This document shows, one piece after another, positions 11,539-25,168 of a stretch of DNA of 64,000 nt; position 1 is the stretch's first letter, and each line of letters starts with the position of its first letter. Under the pieces are notes generated by a model. The model did not search any database. It saw nothing but the letters and a program-made list of their open reading frames with translations, and had not been told where the DNA came from. The position numbers were made by a program, and so were the translations under genes. The DNA lies in NCBI GenBank assembly GCA_951406725.2, contig OX597815.1, forward strand, positions 17,050,001 through 17,114,000, read 5' to 3'. This DNA comes from Octopus vulgaris (Eukaryota).

Positions 11539-14500
11539 CATATGTACATGTGTAATCGCAACAACATATACAGACATATGATTATTACTCGCTACCATAA
11601 AACCAAATACTAATAATTTATCCTCCAATCCTCCTGCAATGTGTTACAGAAAAATAAAATGTTAAATTTCTTCTACTGACCAACATCAGTATTTTTGTTA
11701 TTACTGACAACAACTACAACGGTGAAATCACTTGAAGTATTGGACCCAATGTGTATCACTGCGAAATAGAAACTGATTAACACTTCTATTTTAAAAATTC
11801 TGAAGCATTTCTTCAGCTGTTTCCTAACTAGTCAGATGTTTTGCTAACTTAAGCGCAATTGGAAACTGATAGGAATTTTGGTAAATTTGAGTATTTAACG
11901 TTATTCCTCACTTCGATCTTCTCTTTGATCAAAGGAGTCCATGGACGCCTTTTGCAATTAGCTTTAAAATCTGAGATTCTGACGATTTATTAAATTTATG
12001 CTATCACTGTGACTTTGATTACAGTACGAAAGAAAATATTCGTAAAAATATAGATAAAATCGAATAACTAAGAAAAAGGAACTTATATGTGATTTTTGTC
12101 TCTGCAGCCTAATAAAGAAATGAATTCTTTTGCTTCCCTAAATTAAACATCTGTTTCCCTTCCAACTGGGTATCTAATTATAAACGTACAATAGTTTCTG
12201 TGTAACTTCCAATCATTACTTTTCCTGTACATCGCATTGACATCGAGCAACGAGCCACACACGTTCAACATGGTAAATTTCTAAGGAGACAACAAGGAAA
12301 TAAAGAAACAAAACAACAATAAGTAATGAAGAACAAAAAACCCAAAACGTTCATTTCCCATCTTGTTGGTAACATGTCAAGGCTGAGACTGAATGTAATT
12401 AAATAACAGCAAACATATAGTCAGGGCAGTACATGTAGATAACAAACAGCGACCGACAAACAGACAGATGGGTACTAAGTTTTCATTGATAGAACAACGC
12501 GTGGAAATAATTAAGCAAAATGAAAAAATAAAAAAGGAATATACTGAATATAGAGACACACAATTACATATTCACATGCACATATTCATTTACTCTTCCA
12601 AGGCCACACACAAAAGCTCACACAAATAGAGGTAAAACTAGCGAAAGTAATTTGATAGTGTGTTAAGTAATAGAGTTATTTCATTTTATTGAAATGGCAG
12701 AAAGGAAAAAGTTACCAATCGAATATTATAGCTTGCAGGATTAATTAAGCAGACTTCATGATTCGTTAATTAGTTGGAATGGGAAACAATCAGATCAGAA
12801 AAAAAAAAGACGGATAAATAAATAAAGAAGCGTGTATGAAAATATAAAGTGAAAATCGTAAACCAATAAAGAGAGAAAAAGAGTTAAATAGTTGCAAGCG
12901 ACAATTTTAGACTTTGTTATTTATTGAACATTCAGGAAACATGGTGATATGATGATATCACAATGTCAGTGGTTCAGCATATGTTTGTCAAAAGTATACA
13001 GACGTTTGTTTATCTTTTGTGTGATAAAAGCGATATGTTTGCATATGTACATAACTGTATCTGACATCTAATTTCTTACATTTGCATACACTGATACGCT
13101 CTGTGATGTCATGATTGAAAACCGAAATTATTGATCGGAAAAGAGGAAACATGGTGTATAACTGCAGTAGAAATTGTAGAAAAAAAACCCCAGAAAAAAA
13201 CAAGATATAACTAAATTTTGAACGGTGAATGAATGAACGAAAAGAAATAAAAAAATCAAAGGAAAAATTAAGGAAGATTGGTGTTTTATTATTTGTAAGA
13301 ATTGATTCTATAATTGTACTGTAGAGTAAATCGATGCTTAAGTTGACATTGCATGTGTAATTGGATATACTCATTGTGGGCAGAAAAAGTAAGATCGGTT
13401 CAACGGTTTCGGTTCAATGATTAAATGCTTTATAAAAATTGTCATCGTGCATTCAAATATTCAATGGTTGATGGTCCCCCATTACGAATGAATCGCTTTT
13501 TAATAGCAAGATAGACTGTGAATACGACCTTTGTATGCTTGCTTAGACTGGTGACATTGAAGCAGTTGGTGCTCAGTCGGAACATCTGTAGTTAAATGCT
13601 TGTAGGAAAAAAGGAGTCTATACCGAATGCATATAACACGGTGAACTCTATCAAAAGCATCAAAAACCCAGGTCATATTGTTCAGGCAAGCGAGAGGTTT
13701 GGCTTTGATAGCTCTAAACGATTATTCTGTTCTTGTTCTGCAACATATATTTACAATTGTCGCTGATGTTCTTTAAATAAGTGAAGCGACAAAAGATGGA
13801 TAATTAAAGTGACATAGGAATGGTTTAATAGTTATTGTAAAGTCTGTGAAGGTTTAAGAATCTTGGAGAAACTAGTCATAAATATATATTTCTTTGATTA
13901 ATTGGTGAGTTGTGAAGATCCAAGTCAATAAAATGTGAGGATCATCAAATAGATCTTTGAGAGTATCACTGTATGTTAGTGTCTTTGTTATTATAACTGA
14001 AACAGATTCTTTTAATAAATTCTACCTTGTGCACAAAGTTAAGTCAATAATGATAAAAGCTAGAAAATCTATATCTCTTATTATAAAAGGCAGATTTTAT
14101 CTGCCTCCCTTTGTTTCTTATAGAAATCTACAATATAGGATTTCTTCAATTACAATTTACCTAGCAGGTCCACTTTTTAAAATTTCAACCCCAATTAAGC
14201 AAAATTTAAAGAAAACTCACATTGTGGTGTATGAGTCAAATGCTTTTCTTAGTGTGGGATACAGCACACGCACACGCACACACACAGTGTGCAACGAATA
14301 AAGTGAAAGTAATTCACTGTGTGTGTGTTGACAGGAAGACAATAGAATGCGATGGCGATGGCGATGGCGATGGCGATGGCGATGTAATATTTGTTTCTGT
14401 CTATGACGCTGATAGATACATGAGTAAAATGTATGGGAAGCTAAGAGATAAGAGTGAGTGAAAATGTTCTTGGAAGAGAGTAAATAGCGAGAGAGTGATT

Positions 14501-14857
14501 TGAGGAAGACTTTACATTAAATAACCGTAGTGGCCTGTCATATGAAGAGGAGTGAGAGGGTACTGGAGGAAATAGGGTGAGTGAGGAAGATGGCCCCTAG
14601 CAACCACACATTTTAAGATAGGGATTTCTAAGGTAGCCCACGAGCATCGTCACCTCATTCTACATGTCCCTGTAAATTTTGGAGCGAATCGGACGGGATA
14701 AAGTTATCTCTAAGAAACAGAAAGATCGCCCAAAAGTGTATATAGATATTTAAATGTATTTATATATTCATCTATACACACATGTATGTATAATGTGCGT
14801 GTATATATTTCCATAGAGGTAACCATTCAATCCATACAAAGTTTTTTAGGACGAAAA

Positions 14858-15702
14858 TATTTATATATAAAAGAAAGGTTGTGTGTCTGTTTACTCCGAT
14901 TTAGATTCCTAACTACTCCCACATTTTGCGATGCAGTTTAACCAAAACCGGGTATCTTATAGTCGTGATTCATATCGAGCCCTTCTGGGTATTAGCGCGC
15001 GTCTACGATGAGTCTATGATTTTACAAATAATTTACCATCATTTTTTTCCATTTTAATGCATATTTTTTTTAATAAAGGGAAGTAACTCTCAAAATTCAC
15101 ACCAATATACGTGCTCATATGCGACGTAATATCACATCAGCAGCATTTCCTCACACCCTCCTTGCACTTGGCAAAGGCAAAATAACGGGATGAAAATGGT
15201 AATATTGCCATCGATTCCATTTGTACCATTGTTAAGACGCCTTCTGATCTCAGAGATGCAGTGTTCCCAGATCTACAAGCTAATTATCAGAATATGGATT
15301 GGATTGGCAAAAAGGCTATACTGGCCCCGAGGAATAAAACTGTTCACCATATTAATGATGAAATGCTAAAACTCATTCCTGGGGAAGTCTATGTATATCA
15401 GTCTATCGATACAACTCCTGACCCAGAGGACGTCATCAACTATCCAATAGAGGTACTCAATTCCTTTGAGCACCCCGGACTACCACCACACTTTCTCAAA
15501 CTTAAAGTTGGTGCCCCTATAATGCTCATCAGAAATTTGGTTCCCCCAAAACAATGCAATGGCACACGTTTGATCGTTAAGTCCTTATCTCCCACCGTAA
15601 ACTTATATCAATATTTGCCTGAATAATCATCATAATTCAGTGCAATCATTAACAGTACTTTCAAGCAATTCAGCCCCGAGCAACGCCGGGCAATTCTGCT
15701 AG
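14858..15702 (+). mobile_element. Non-autonomous Helitron carrying a helicase remnant
   Basis: 5' ~230 bp match 60771-61069; 3' hairpin CCCGAGCAACGCCGGG then CTAG (15699-15702) followed by T. Confidence 0.88.
15261..15626 (+). pseudogene. Helitron RepHel PIF1-family helicase fragment
   Basis: AILAPRN..IN..YQSID..YPIEVLNS..PGLPPHFLKLKVGAPIMLIRNL..CNGTRLIV is the hallmark Helitron helicase segment. Confidence 0.92.
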
Positions 15703-16052
15703 TATATATATAAATGGCAAAATGTCTGCGTGTGTGTCCTTTATACAAATCCACAATGTTTCAGTTAGAGGGCTTGCACTTTCTATGGCCATTCAAAACC
15801 GTCCAAGGGTGGTCGTGCATATCTTTACATTTCCCCAGTCACCCCGCAAAGCCATTAAAAAATCAATAAAAGTGACTTTTTCTATCCAAAACCCAATCAA
15901 AATGCCCGAAACTTGATACGCCAATTGAATGCCTGCTAGCTGTATGTGATTGGTTGGAGATTTGGACAGTACTCGTGTGTATGTGAGCACGCACGCAGCT
16001 GTATATGCATGCACTAGCACTATGACCTGGAGTTGCCGGGTTATAGTGCTAG
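15703..16052 (+). mobile_element. Second, unrelated non-autonomous Helitron abutting the first
   Basis: Starts TATATATATAAA..TGTCTGCGTGTG, ends with imperfect hairpin ACCTGGAGTTGCCGGGT and CTAG (16049-16052) followed by T. Confidence 0.6.
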
Positions 16053-16559
16053 TCTATTATAAAAATGAAGTTGAATTTTTTCTCGTTTAGCAGGAGGAGG
16101 ATAGGTAGAATTTAAAAAACTTTTTGGGGTTGGAGAAATGAAGGAAATTATTTTCAGACCGGAAGACCTTTACAAAAGAGTAGACCCCACTAAAGACACC
16201 CAAGAGCTATGTGATGGTATATAATTGGGCGACCCATTTTAAAAGAGATGGATTTTCGACAGTGTTACTGCGGATATTAAGGAATACATACATACATCGT
16301 TGGTTAAGAACTAATCTGTTACCAAAAACATTCGATTATATTTTGTTGTAGACGAGAAACTATTTTTCAACCTAAATATCCTGAATCCTATTTCTCCTTT
16401 TATATTTGGCATAAAATAAAGTTAAACGCCTCTGTGACGTTTAGAAACAATACATTTCAAACCTACCTTAAGACTAAGTTAACAACGACTGATTCATTAA
16501 TAACTTATATTTGCCTGTTTTTCGAGTTGTATTACTTGATCATATATCTAAAGTTTTCT

Positions 16560-16841
16560 AAGGCGGCGAGCTGGCAGAAACGTTAGCGCGCCGGACGAAA
16601 TGCTTAACGGTATTCCGTCAGTCGTTACGTTCTGAGTTCAAATTCCGCCGACGTCGACTTTGCCTTTTATCAAACAAGGACAGACAAACGGATTAAGTCG
16701 ATTACATCAACCCCAGTGTGTAACTGGTACTTAATTTATCGACCCCGAAAGGATGAAAGGCAAAATCGACCTCGGCGGAATTTGAACTCAGAACGTAACG
16801 GCAGACGAAATACGGCTACGCATTTCGCCCGGCCTGCTTAC
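16560..16841. mobile_element. Two SINE family B fragments fused in inverted orientation
   Basis: 16560-16671 is a + strand 5' half; 16672-16841 is a - strand copy. Confidence 0.88.
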
Positions 16842-17148
16842 TGCTACTACTACAACAACAAATGATAATAATAATAATAAGACGAAGAAGAAGAAAGAAT
16901 GAGAAATAGATGGACGAGGGAAAGAAAAAAAAAGAGAAAGGAAGTCAATTAGACCATTACAAATATGTTGTGAATCTTTATAGTTGATTAGTGGTCACAT
17001 ATTTGGGTTGTAAAATATATTACCTCTAAGTTATCAGATCCTATCACGTCGAAAAATTTAAAATGCTTTCAGTATAAAATTGAATGGAATTTGTTTAAAA
17101 ATGGATAACTTTTCCAAAAGAAGAATGCTTAATTTAATATTCACTTTT

Positions 17149-17573
17149 GGATCTTTTCGGTTTGAACGGCAGTTTTTAACATAATTTCTAGGTAACTAAA
17201 AAATTTTAGACTTCGTATACTGGTAGAATGTGTTTATAAAACATCTTTTTCTCTCGGCTTTATTGAGAAAATTATATAATTTGTAAGATATTTGTTGTAT
17301 TTTTTCTTCAATTTCTGCAATTTCAACCAATCAATGACGTCTATTGAGGTGAAAACACTCTGTGCCGTATGAATATGTTCCTTGTTTAAGAAACAGATTG
17401 GGTTTATTTACATTTGTGAAGAAAAAAAGATACCCTTCCCCCACCCTTAACCCTAACTAACCCTAACCCTAAAACAGATTGAAATGCAATAGATCGATAC
17501 TAGGGTCATAATTATGTGTGACAATTTCATATGATACCGCTAGAAAAAGCTGCCGTTCAAACCGAAAAGATCC
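17149..17573 (-). mobile_element. MITE family C (GGATCTTTTCGGTTTGAACGGCAG TIRs, internal CCCTAA repeats)
   Basis: ~29-bp TIRs; reverse orientation relative to the three other copies; no clear TSD. Confidence 0.92.
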
Positions 17574-18493
17574 ATTTATACTGCTATGATGACATTGTGT
17601 CGCTCGTCCGTTAAGACGGCAGAATGCTATTTAAGTGAGATGGAGTGTTATTTCTAGCAGCACGAAGAACCACGCTGTGGTTTCCTCATTGGCTCGTAAC
17701 CAATGTCCTATTTTTCTACGATGACTGGCAAGCTATGAATGGTTCTTGTTAAAAAAAAAAAAAGAAATGAGATGTGTGTACTTTTGCATGATTCTTTTAA
17801 GATTTTGTGGCACAAGTTTCTTCCAGTTCACTGAGTAAACAGAAAATGGAAGCCGGAAGAGTAAATAAAAAAATAAAGGAAGAAAAAAAAGGAAGAAAAT
17901 GACAATAAAGTCGGCATACAGCTGCCGAAGACTTAATGAAAGAGAAAACTACAGGAAGTGAAAAGACAAGTGGAATAAAAACAAATACGAAAAAGAAAAA
18001 AAGAAAAGGGAAAATTTTAAATATATTTGTGAAGTAAAAGGAAAGTAAACACACATGACAAAAAAAAAACAAAAAGAAGAAAGACTGTAAAAAATAAAGG
18101 CACGATTTCAACAAAGGTGAAAGCGCAATATAACATAATCTATAGGATTGAGATTTTCGACATACACTCATATTAGACAAAATTCTTTCTTTATATTTAG
18201 TAGACCAAGAGAGAGAAAAAATTAAGATAAAAATAAACACCGATCCATCGACAAAATATTAAAAGCAAAACGTTGAGTCAAACAAAGTAGTGTCAAAATA
18301 GACATACATAAAGAATAATATGTAAAAGCAATTATGGATAAAAATTAAGAGATTGAGAAACGAATATGGAGGATGATTCCACAATAACAAACAAGGTCAA
18401 AGTTGAAATATTTTAATAGTTCAAAAAGGGAATAAATTGGTTTTCCGCAAAGGATAGGAAAAGTGTATCGTTACCAGCAGTTTCCTTGGTGGG

Positions 18494-18494
<1 letters not shown>

Positions 18495-18543
<49 letters not shown>

Positions 18544-18575
18544 ATATCTATCTATCTATCTATCTATCTATCTAC

Positions 18576-18622
<47 letters not shown>

Positions 18623-18675
18623 CACACACGCACGCGCGCGCACACACACAGACATATATACTCACATATATGTGA

Positions 18676-18718
<43 letters not shown>

Positions 18719-18720
18719 TA
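18495..18720. repeat. (TCTA)n followed by CA/TA microsatellites
   Basis: Direct reading. Confidence 0.95.
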
Positions 18721-18974
18721 GGGGAGCGGATATTCGTTAGAAATATCACCACCAGTGGCCTAGCATGTATAAATAGTCAATAGACAACATATTGTTATTT
18801 TTAAAATAGTGTACAATTAAAAACAAGAGAAAACTACCCTCTAACAGGTAATTTTTACATGCTAGAGGAAGAAGCCAAAACGGCCAAAACCACAATTTAA
18901 TAGCAATTTTCGAAGGAAATGAAAAATAAAAACTTTTACCTTGTTATTTTTTATATATTTTGATCGATAGATAA

Positions 18975-19250
18975 AACTTACTTGGAAAAGGATGCCTGGC
19001 GTTCGATCAAATAATAATATAAATAATATATAAATATATGCATATATACATACCTACATATAAATGTATATACACATGCATATATGGGTATAGGACATCG
19101 AAAAACGTAGACAGAATGAGAAACGAGAACATAAAAAACAAAAACATAGAAAACTAATTTTTTTCGAACAACGAAAAAACAGAGAAACATGCAACAAAAA
19201 GAACATTCCTTTCATCAGTTGTCCGCTGTTTTATCTACTCCGCGTTTCTT
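18975..19250 (-). mobile_element. Probable Penelope-like terminal-repeat fragment
   Basis: Minus strand has GAAACGCG and CTGATGAA hammerhead half-motifs (19212-19248) followed by a T-rich tail; no complete fold. Confidence 0.35.
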
Positions 19251-19802
19251 TTTGGGTTGGGTAAAGTGCTGGAGACAATTGAGAGCATGTTTAGATATTA
19301 TTCTGACCTTCTTAGCGACGAATATTTGATGCAGTATGGAAGAATGATAGTAAGTGAACTTCGCAATTACGAATTCTTAGTTGTGATCTTACTACAAGGC
19401 TTCTTACAGCAAGGGAACTTAGTATAAGGGATCTTTACTACAAGGTAACATGGGTATGTATCTTTTATTATGGCCTCAAATTTACCTGAGATTTATATGC
19501 GAACCTGGGTGGAAGGAATCTATGGGAACCCATCGGATGGATTGTATCTATACTGCAAAGATTCGGCCTTCCAAATCACTGAGGTATGGTTGGCTTTGCT
19601 GGAAGATTACGTTTGTATCTCAGTAAGACAACCACCTTCTATTTTGTGAACAATTATATCACAAAGAATTCTATATAACTGAAACTCTTGGAACTTACTT
19701 AGATGTATAACTAAGAGCCATATCTTCTTTTGGGTATACTAATTATTGAATTACCTATTGATTAGTGAAACAATACTTGGAACTGTCACTATTTCAAATA
19801 CT

Positions 19803-19848
<46 letters not shown>

Positions 19849-20542
19849 AGAGGGGGAGTGTTTGTGTGTGTGTGTGAGAAATAAAAGAAACTATCATATT
19901 TTGTCAGATTTTTGATTTGGAAAACTGGCAGAAGGTCAGAAACGGCTGGAGGGTATAATCGATTATATCGAATTTAAACTGAAGCATCAAGAATTCACCT
20001 TTTCGTGCGAATTATAGCAATCTTAGTACATGAAAAGTATCTTTTTTTTATTGACCACTGGTCAATAAAACGAAGTCGACTTCATCGGCATTTGAACTTG
20101 GAACGCAAAGGAAGATAACTAATAATTGAAAAGTATTTTGTACAGCCGGTTCGAGATTAAACTAACCTTTACAAACGTTCGCTACCCACTGATAACCTTT
20201 GCTAACTCTCGTTAAAAGAGAATATTAAGACCAAAACTATCTCCATATATCAAAAGTTGTTCTAGTTTTAATTCAAGCAATTCATTCGGTGAAACACTAG
20301 AACTTGAGGAAATTAGTGGTGGTCTTTCTTAAGAAATAATAGCTATTTATAAAGAAGTTTAGTAAGCAGAATGTGGAGAAGAAAAGTTTAACATTTTGGG
20401 CGGAGTCCTGCGTTGGAGAGAAATTAAGCAATTTTATAGTGTTGCTGGAGTTGTTACAATTATTACATGAAATTTTCATTCAACGCACATGCGCACTCAC
20501 ACATGCACACACGCACACTCCTAGGCACACACACGTACGCAT

Positions 20543-20591
<49 letters not shown>

Positions 20592-20624
20592 GCACATGTA
20601 AATTATATATAATTGATTAATATG

Positions 20625-21221
20625 AAGGCGGTGAGCTGACAGAAACGATAGCACGCCGGGCGAAATGCGTAGCCGTATTTCGTCTGTCGTTACATTCCGA
20701 GTTCAATTTCCGCCGAGGTCGACTTTGCCTTTCATCCTTTCGGGGTCGATAAATAAGTACCATTTACGCACTGGGGTCGATGTAATCGACATAATCCCTT
20801 TGTCTGTTCTTGTTTGCCCCCTCTGTGTTTAGCCCCTTGTGGGTAGTAAAGAAATAGGTATTTCGTTTGCCGTTACGTTCTGAGTTCAAATTCCGCCGAG
20901 ATCGACTTTGCCTTACATCATTTCGGGGTCGATAAATAAGTACCAGTTACGCATTGGGGTTGATGTAATCGACTTAATCCCTTTGTCTGTCCTTGTTTGT
21001 CCCCTCTGTGTTTAGCCCCTTGTGGGTAGTAACGAAATAGGTATTTCGTTTGCCGTTACGTTCTGAGTTCAAATTCTGCCGAGATCGACTTTGCCTTACA
21101 TCATTTCGGGGTCGATAAATAAGTACCAGTTACGCATTGGGGTTGATGTAATCGACTTAATCCCTTTGTCTGTCCTTGTTTGTCCCCTCTGTGTTTAGCT
21201 CCTTGTGGGCAGTAAAGAAAA
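20625..21221 (+). mobile_element. SINE family B tandem trimer (one head, three 183-bp bodies)
   Basis: GTATTTCG unit starts at 20675, 20858 and 21041. Confidence 0.92.
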
Positions 21222-22141
21222 ATATATATATCATTGATTAATATTCGTTTGATTATGATTAAAGTCAGAATAAATGTCGTGGTCGATGTGTATCGTACGC
21301 TTTTGCTAGCGTTGATGACACTGCGTGTATTGCTGATAACCACCACTTCGAATAATGTGCGTAACCCATCTGCAAGTCAGCGCTGGTTGATGGTCTTGCT
21401 TGTAAATAGGGCAGGCTACTGAAATGTAACTCATGGAGTCAGGCCGTTCCCGTCCTATATATAATGAAGGGCTTTCGTTTGAAAATCATCTCCACTCTTA
21501 CACAGAAAGGTATATCAAGATATCAAAGCAATATATCAACATAACGAGTTAGCTTCAGATTAAAAGACTGGCCCAAATGTTGCTGTTTAACCGTGTGTAA
21601 GAATATCTCTGTTACTCCTAATATACTAACAAACGTGGTATCTTTCGGATTGTTAATATAACTGTATCAGAATAAAATACAGTATGTAATTATAGACTTA
21701 TATTATAGACTTTACTAGCGTATAGCTTATATATATTTGGAATACTCGTTTATTTACACAGGATCTATGTTGTAATGCTGTAGAGATATTTAACATTGAT
21801 ATATATGATTTAAATCGCTTCTAATCTATGAAGTAAAAATGATGAATTGTTTCATGATCATTAAAGTCAATAGGTGGACTTTTAGTGAATAAATGAATGA
21901 GAATTTAGGTATAAATGAATGAGAATTTGCAACTTTTCAATTAATTGTAAGAGAAAACAGCAAAAGCGAAGCCGAATCGTAGACACATTTCACCAGAAAC
22001 TTTCCTTGTTCGGTATTCTATTTTTTGTAGGTTATAGTTGTTGTTATAAGTACGTAATAGAAACTGTTCGCACTCACAGACACATGAATCTGTCTATTAG
22101 CATTACATCACTCTCCCTATATATATATATATATATATATA

Positions 22142-22315
22142 AGGCACAGGAGTGGCTGTGTGGTAGGTAGCTTGCTTACCAACCACATGGTTCCGGGTTC
22201 AGTCCCACTGCGTGGCACTTTGGGCAAGTGTCTTCTACTGTAGCCTCGGGCTGACCAAAGCCTTGTGAGTGGATTTGGTAGACGGAAACTGAAAGAAGCC
22301 CGTCGTGTATATGTA

Positions 22316-22354
<39 letters not shown>

Positions 22355-22589
22355 ATATGTGTGTGTGTGTTTGTGTGTCTGTGTTTGTCCCCCCAACATC
22401 GCTTGATAATCAAAGCTGGTGTGTTTACGTCCCCGTAACTTAGCGGTTCGGCGAAACAGACCGGTAGAATAAGTACTAGGCTTGCAAAGAATAAGTCCCG
22501 GGGTCGATTTGCTCGACTAAAGGTGGTGCTCCAGCATAGTCGCAGTGAAATGACTGAAACAAGTATAAGAGTAAAGAGTAAAGAGTAAA
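22142..22589 (+). mobile_element. SINE family A
   Basis: Full-length match to the other family A copies. Confidence 0.92.
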
Positions 22590-23379
22590 TATGTGTGTGT
22601 GTGTGTGTATGTATGTGTGTGTATGCATTTATATGCATGTATGTATACAGATATACACTTGCATATACATATGCATTCAGAAGTAAATGCAGTTATATTA
22701 TTTAAAAAAAAAACATTATCTCTCCGTGAAATTTCATTTCTAATGACAGATGAGTGAAGCGGATTGGTCAGCCAGTCACTGGTTCGCTCGATTTATAGCT
22801 ATATAAGACCTAAATATTGCTAAACTTTATTGAACTTACTGTTTCCAATGTATACTTCATTTGCATTTCATTGTCATGAAGTCGAACGAGTTCTATTGCT
22901 TTGTATGCATGACTATTCACTTATGTCAAAACTAAGTCTCGGAATTGTTCTAGCGTTCTCTCATTGGTTCAGAAATGCATCCATTTTCAGATGGTCTTAT
23001 CATATTCTTAGTAAAATACAAAAGAGAACGAGCAATCACAAATATATTCACTTTGATATATCCACTTCGATAGTTTGATAAGTTGGCAAAAACAAACCAA
23101 TTTAACACGCAACCTATATCACGCTCAATGAATTCATATGGATTTTAGTTTAAATTGTTCGCCCAATGTCTTCAAAGATATCCGCACACATTTCATATGC
23201 TTCATCAATATATACGGAATAAACGAATAAGTGCTAATTACATTCCATACCAGTTTATATATATATTTGCGAAGGTACTGTTATAGATATGAATGCTTTA
23301 TTCGTCTTTAAATACATAATATATCAGCAATCAGATATGAATTAAATACCGTCTGTTATGATAAGCTTAAACTTTAAAA

Positions 23380-23815
23380 GGATCTTTTCGGTTTGACCGG
23401 CAGTGTTTTCTAGCGGTGTCATATGAAATTTTCACCCATAATTATGACCCTAGTATCGATCTATTGCATTTCAATCTGTTTTAGGGTTAGGGTTAGTTAG
23501 GGTTAGGGTTACGGGTGGGGGGAAGGGTATCTTTTTTTCTTCAGAAATGTAAATAAACCCAATCTGTTTCTTAAACGAGAGACATATTCATACGGCACAG
23601 AATGTTTTCACCTCAATAGACGTCATTGATTGGTTGAAATTGCAGAAATTGAAGAAAAAAACACAACAAATATCTTACAAACCATAGAATTTTCTCAATA
23701 AAGCCAAGAGAAAAAGATGTTTTATAAACACATTCTACCAGTATACGAAATTTAAAAGTGTTTAGTTACGTGGAAATTATTTAAAAAAAAACTGCCGTTC
23801 AAACCGAAAAGATCC
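23380..23815 (+). mobile_element. MITE family C
   Basis: TIRs; flanks CTTTAAAA/CTTAAAAA (7/8 TSD match); internal TTAGGG repeats. Confidence 0.92.
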
Positions 23816-24751
23816 CTTAAAAACAGTATATGATATTTCCTCACTCTAAGTTTCATCGAAAGGACCAACCGTCTCGCCATTTTTTCAGTCAAAGTGTACT
23901 CTGGACTACTTTATCCAGTTTGGCCTATTTTTTTTAAAAGACGGTAGTGTGAAATTTAAGGGATTTGGCTATTACTAGTATTTCAAGCGACCATGTAAAA
24001 GCTTTCTCATTGTCTCAGGTTTTGCAACATATTTTTAACACTGAAATATCATTCATGTGCTCGATCAATAGACCATATCTTAACGAACCTAAATGCAATT
24101 ATAAAAATGTTGATTATCGTTTTATCCGGCGTATGAGGTGCATTCTATAATTAGCAAGATATAGCTTTGAAGCAATAAACGGAATTTATAGATTTATGAG
24201 CACATTATAAAATATTTCTCTTCATCTATCAAGAACATGCAGTAGAAGTGAACAAGAAAAACATACTAAAAATGAGAGGATAATCTAATCGGATATTTCT
24301 TATTTTATTATTTAAAAATTAGCAAAAATAGAAACTTTGTGCCCTTTGCGCGCCAAAATAACAATATAGTCAAGTTTTCATACCCTGGTTATTCTTAGAG
24401 TCACCATCTTTGTACCTTATTGTTTCAACAGCATATCAAATATTAACAAAACCTCCTCCGTATTGACTATTATTTGAGCTGGTTCACAATCTATTCTTTT
24501 TACAGTATTAATCTTGTATTTATGAATTAGCCATCTTCTGTGCAAATCTTGTTTTTACGTTCATGATTGCGTCATCCATCTTCATAAAATGATCGACATG
24601 AACATCCGACAAACTCATCTGGTTGTATGATCCCCTTTTCTACCAATATCCTTGTTTCACATATGACCTTTATTGAAACTGAACAGGTCGTGCTTTGGTT
24701 TTTGTGTATCCATTATTCTATAACTTCTACTTGTTGTGGAGATATTGTTCC

Positions 24752-25168
24752 GGATCTTTTCAGTTTGAACGGCAGTTTTTTCTAGCGGTGTCATATGAAA
24801 TTGTCACCCATAATTATGACCCTAATATCGATCTATTGCATTTCAATCTGTTTTAGGGTTAGGGTTAGGGGTGGGGGAAGGGTATCTTTTTTTTCTTCAC
24901 AAAGGTAAATAAACCCAATCTGTTTCTTAAACGAGGGACATATTCATACGGCACAGAGTGTTTTCACCTCAATAGACGTCATTGATTGGTTGAAATTGCA
25001 GAAATTGAAGAAATAAAACAATAAATATCTTACAAACTATAGAATTTTCTCAATAAAGCCAAGAGAAAAAGATGTTTTATAAACACATTCTACCAGTATA
25101 CGAAGTTTAAAAGTGTTTAGTTACGTGGAAATTATTTAAAAAAACTGCCGTTCAAACCGAAAAGATCC
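24752..25168 (+). mobile_element. MITE family C
   Basis: TIRs; exact 8-bp TSD ATTGTTCC (24744-24751, 25169-25176). Confidence 0.95.

Noticed and set aside
14560-14747. Possible minus-strand Helitron 5' end (..TATATAGAT)
   Set aside because: No matching 3' hairpin/CTAG end or second copy found in the window.
19260-19790. Possible decayed Penelope RT fragment on the minus strand
   Set aside because: Only faint similarity to RT motifs across multiple frameshifts; needs a translated search.
23481-23525. TTAGGG repeats as evidence of a telomere or chromosome fusion
   Set aside because: Only a few units, always at the same position inside MITE family C.
24440-24745. Minus-strand CSCRSF motif suggesting a SWIM finger of a MULE transposase
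   Set aside because: No downstream CxH and no sustained ORF.
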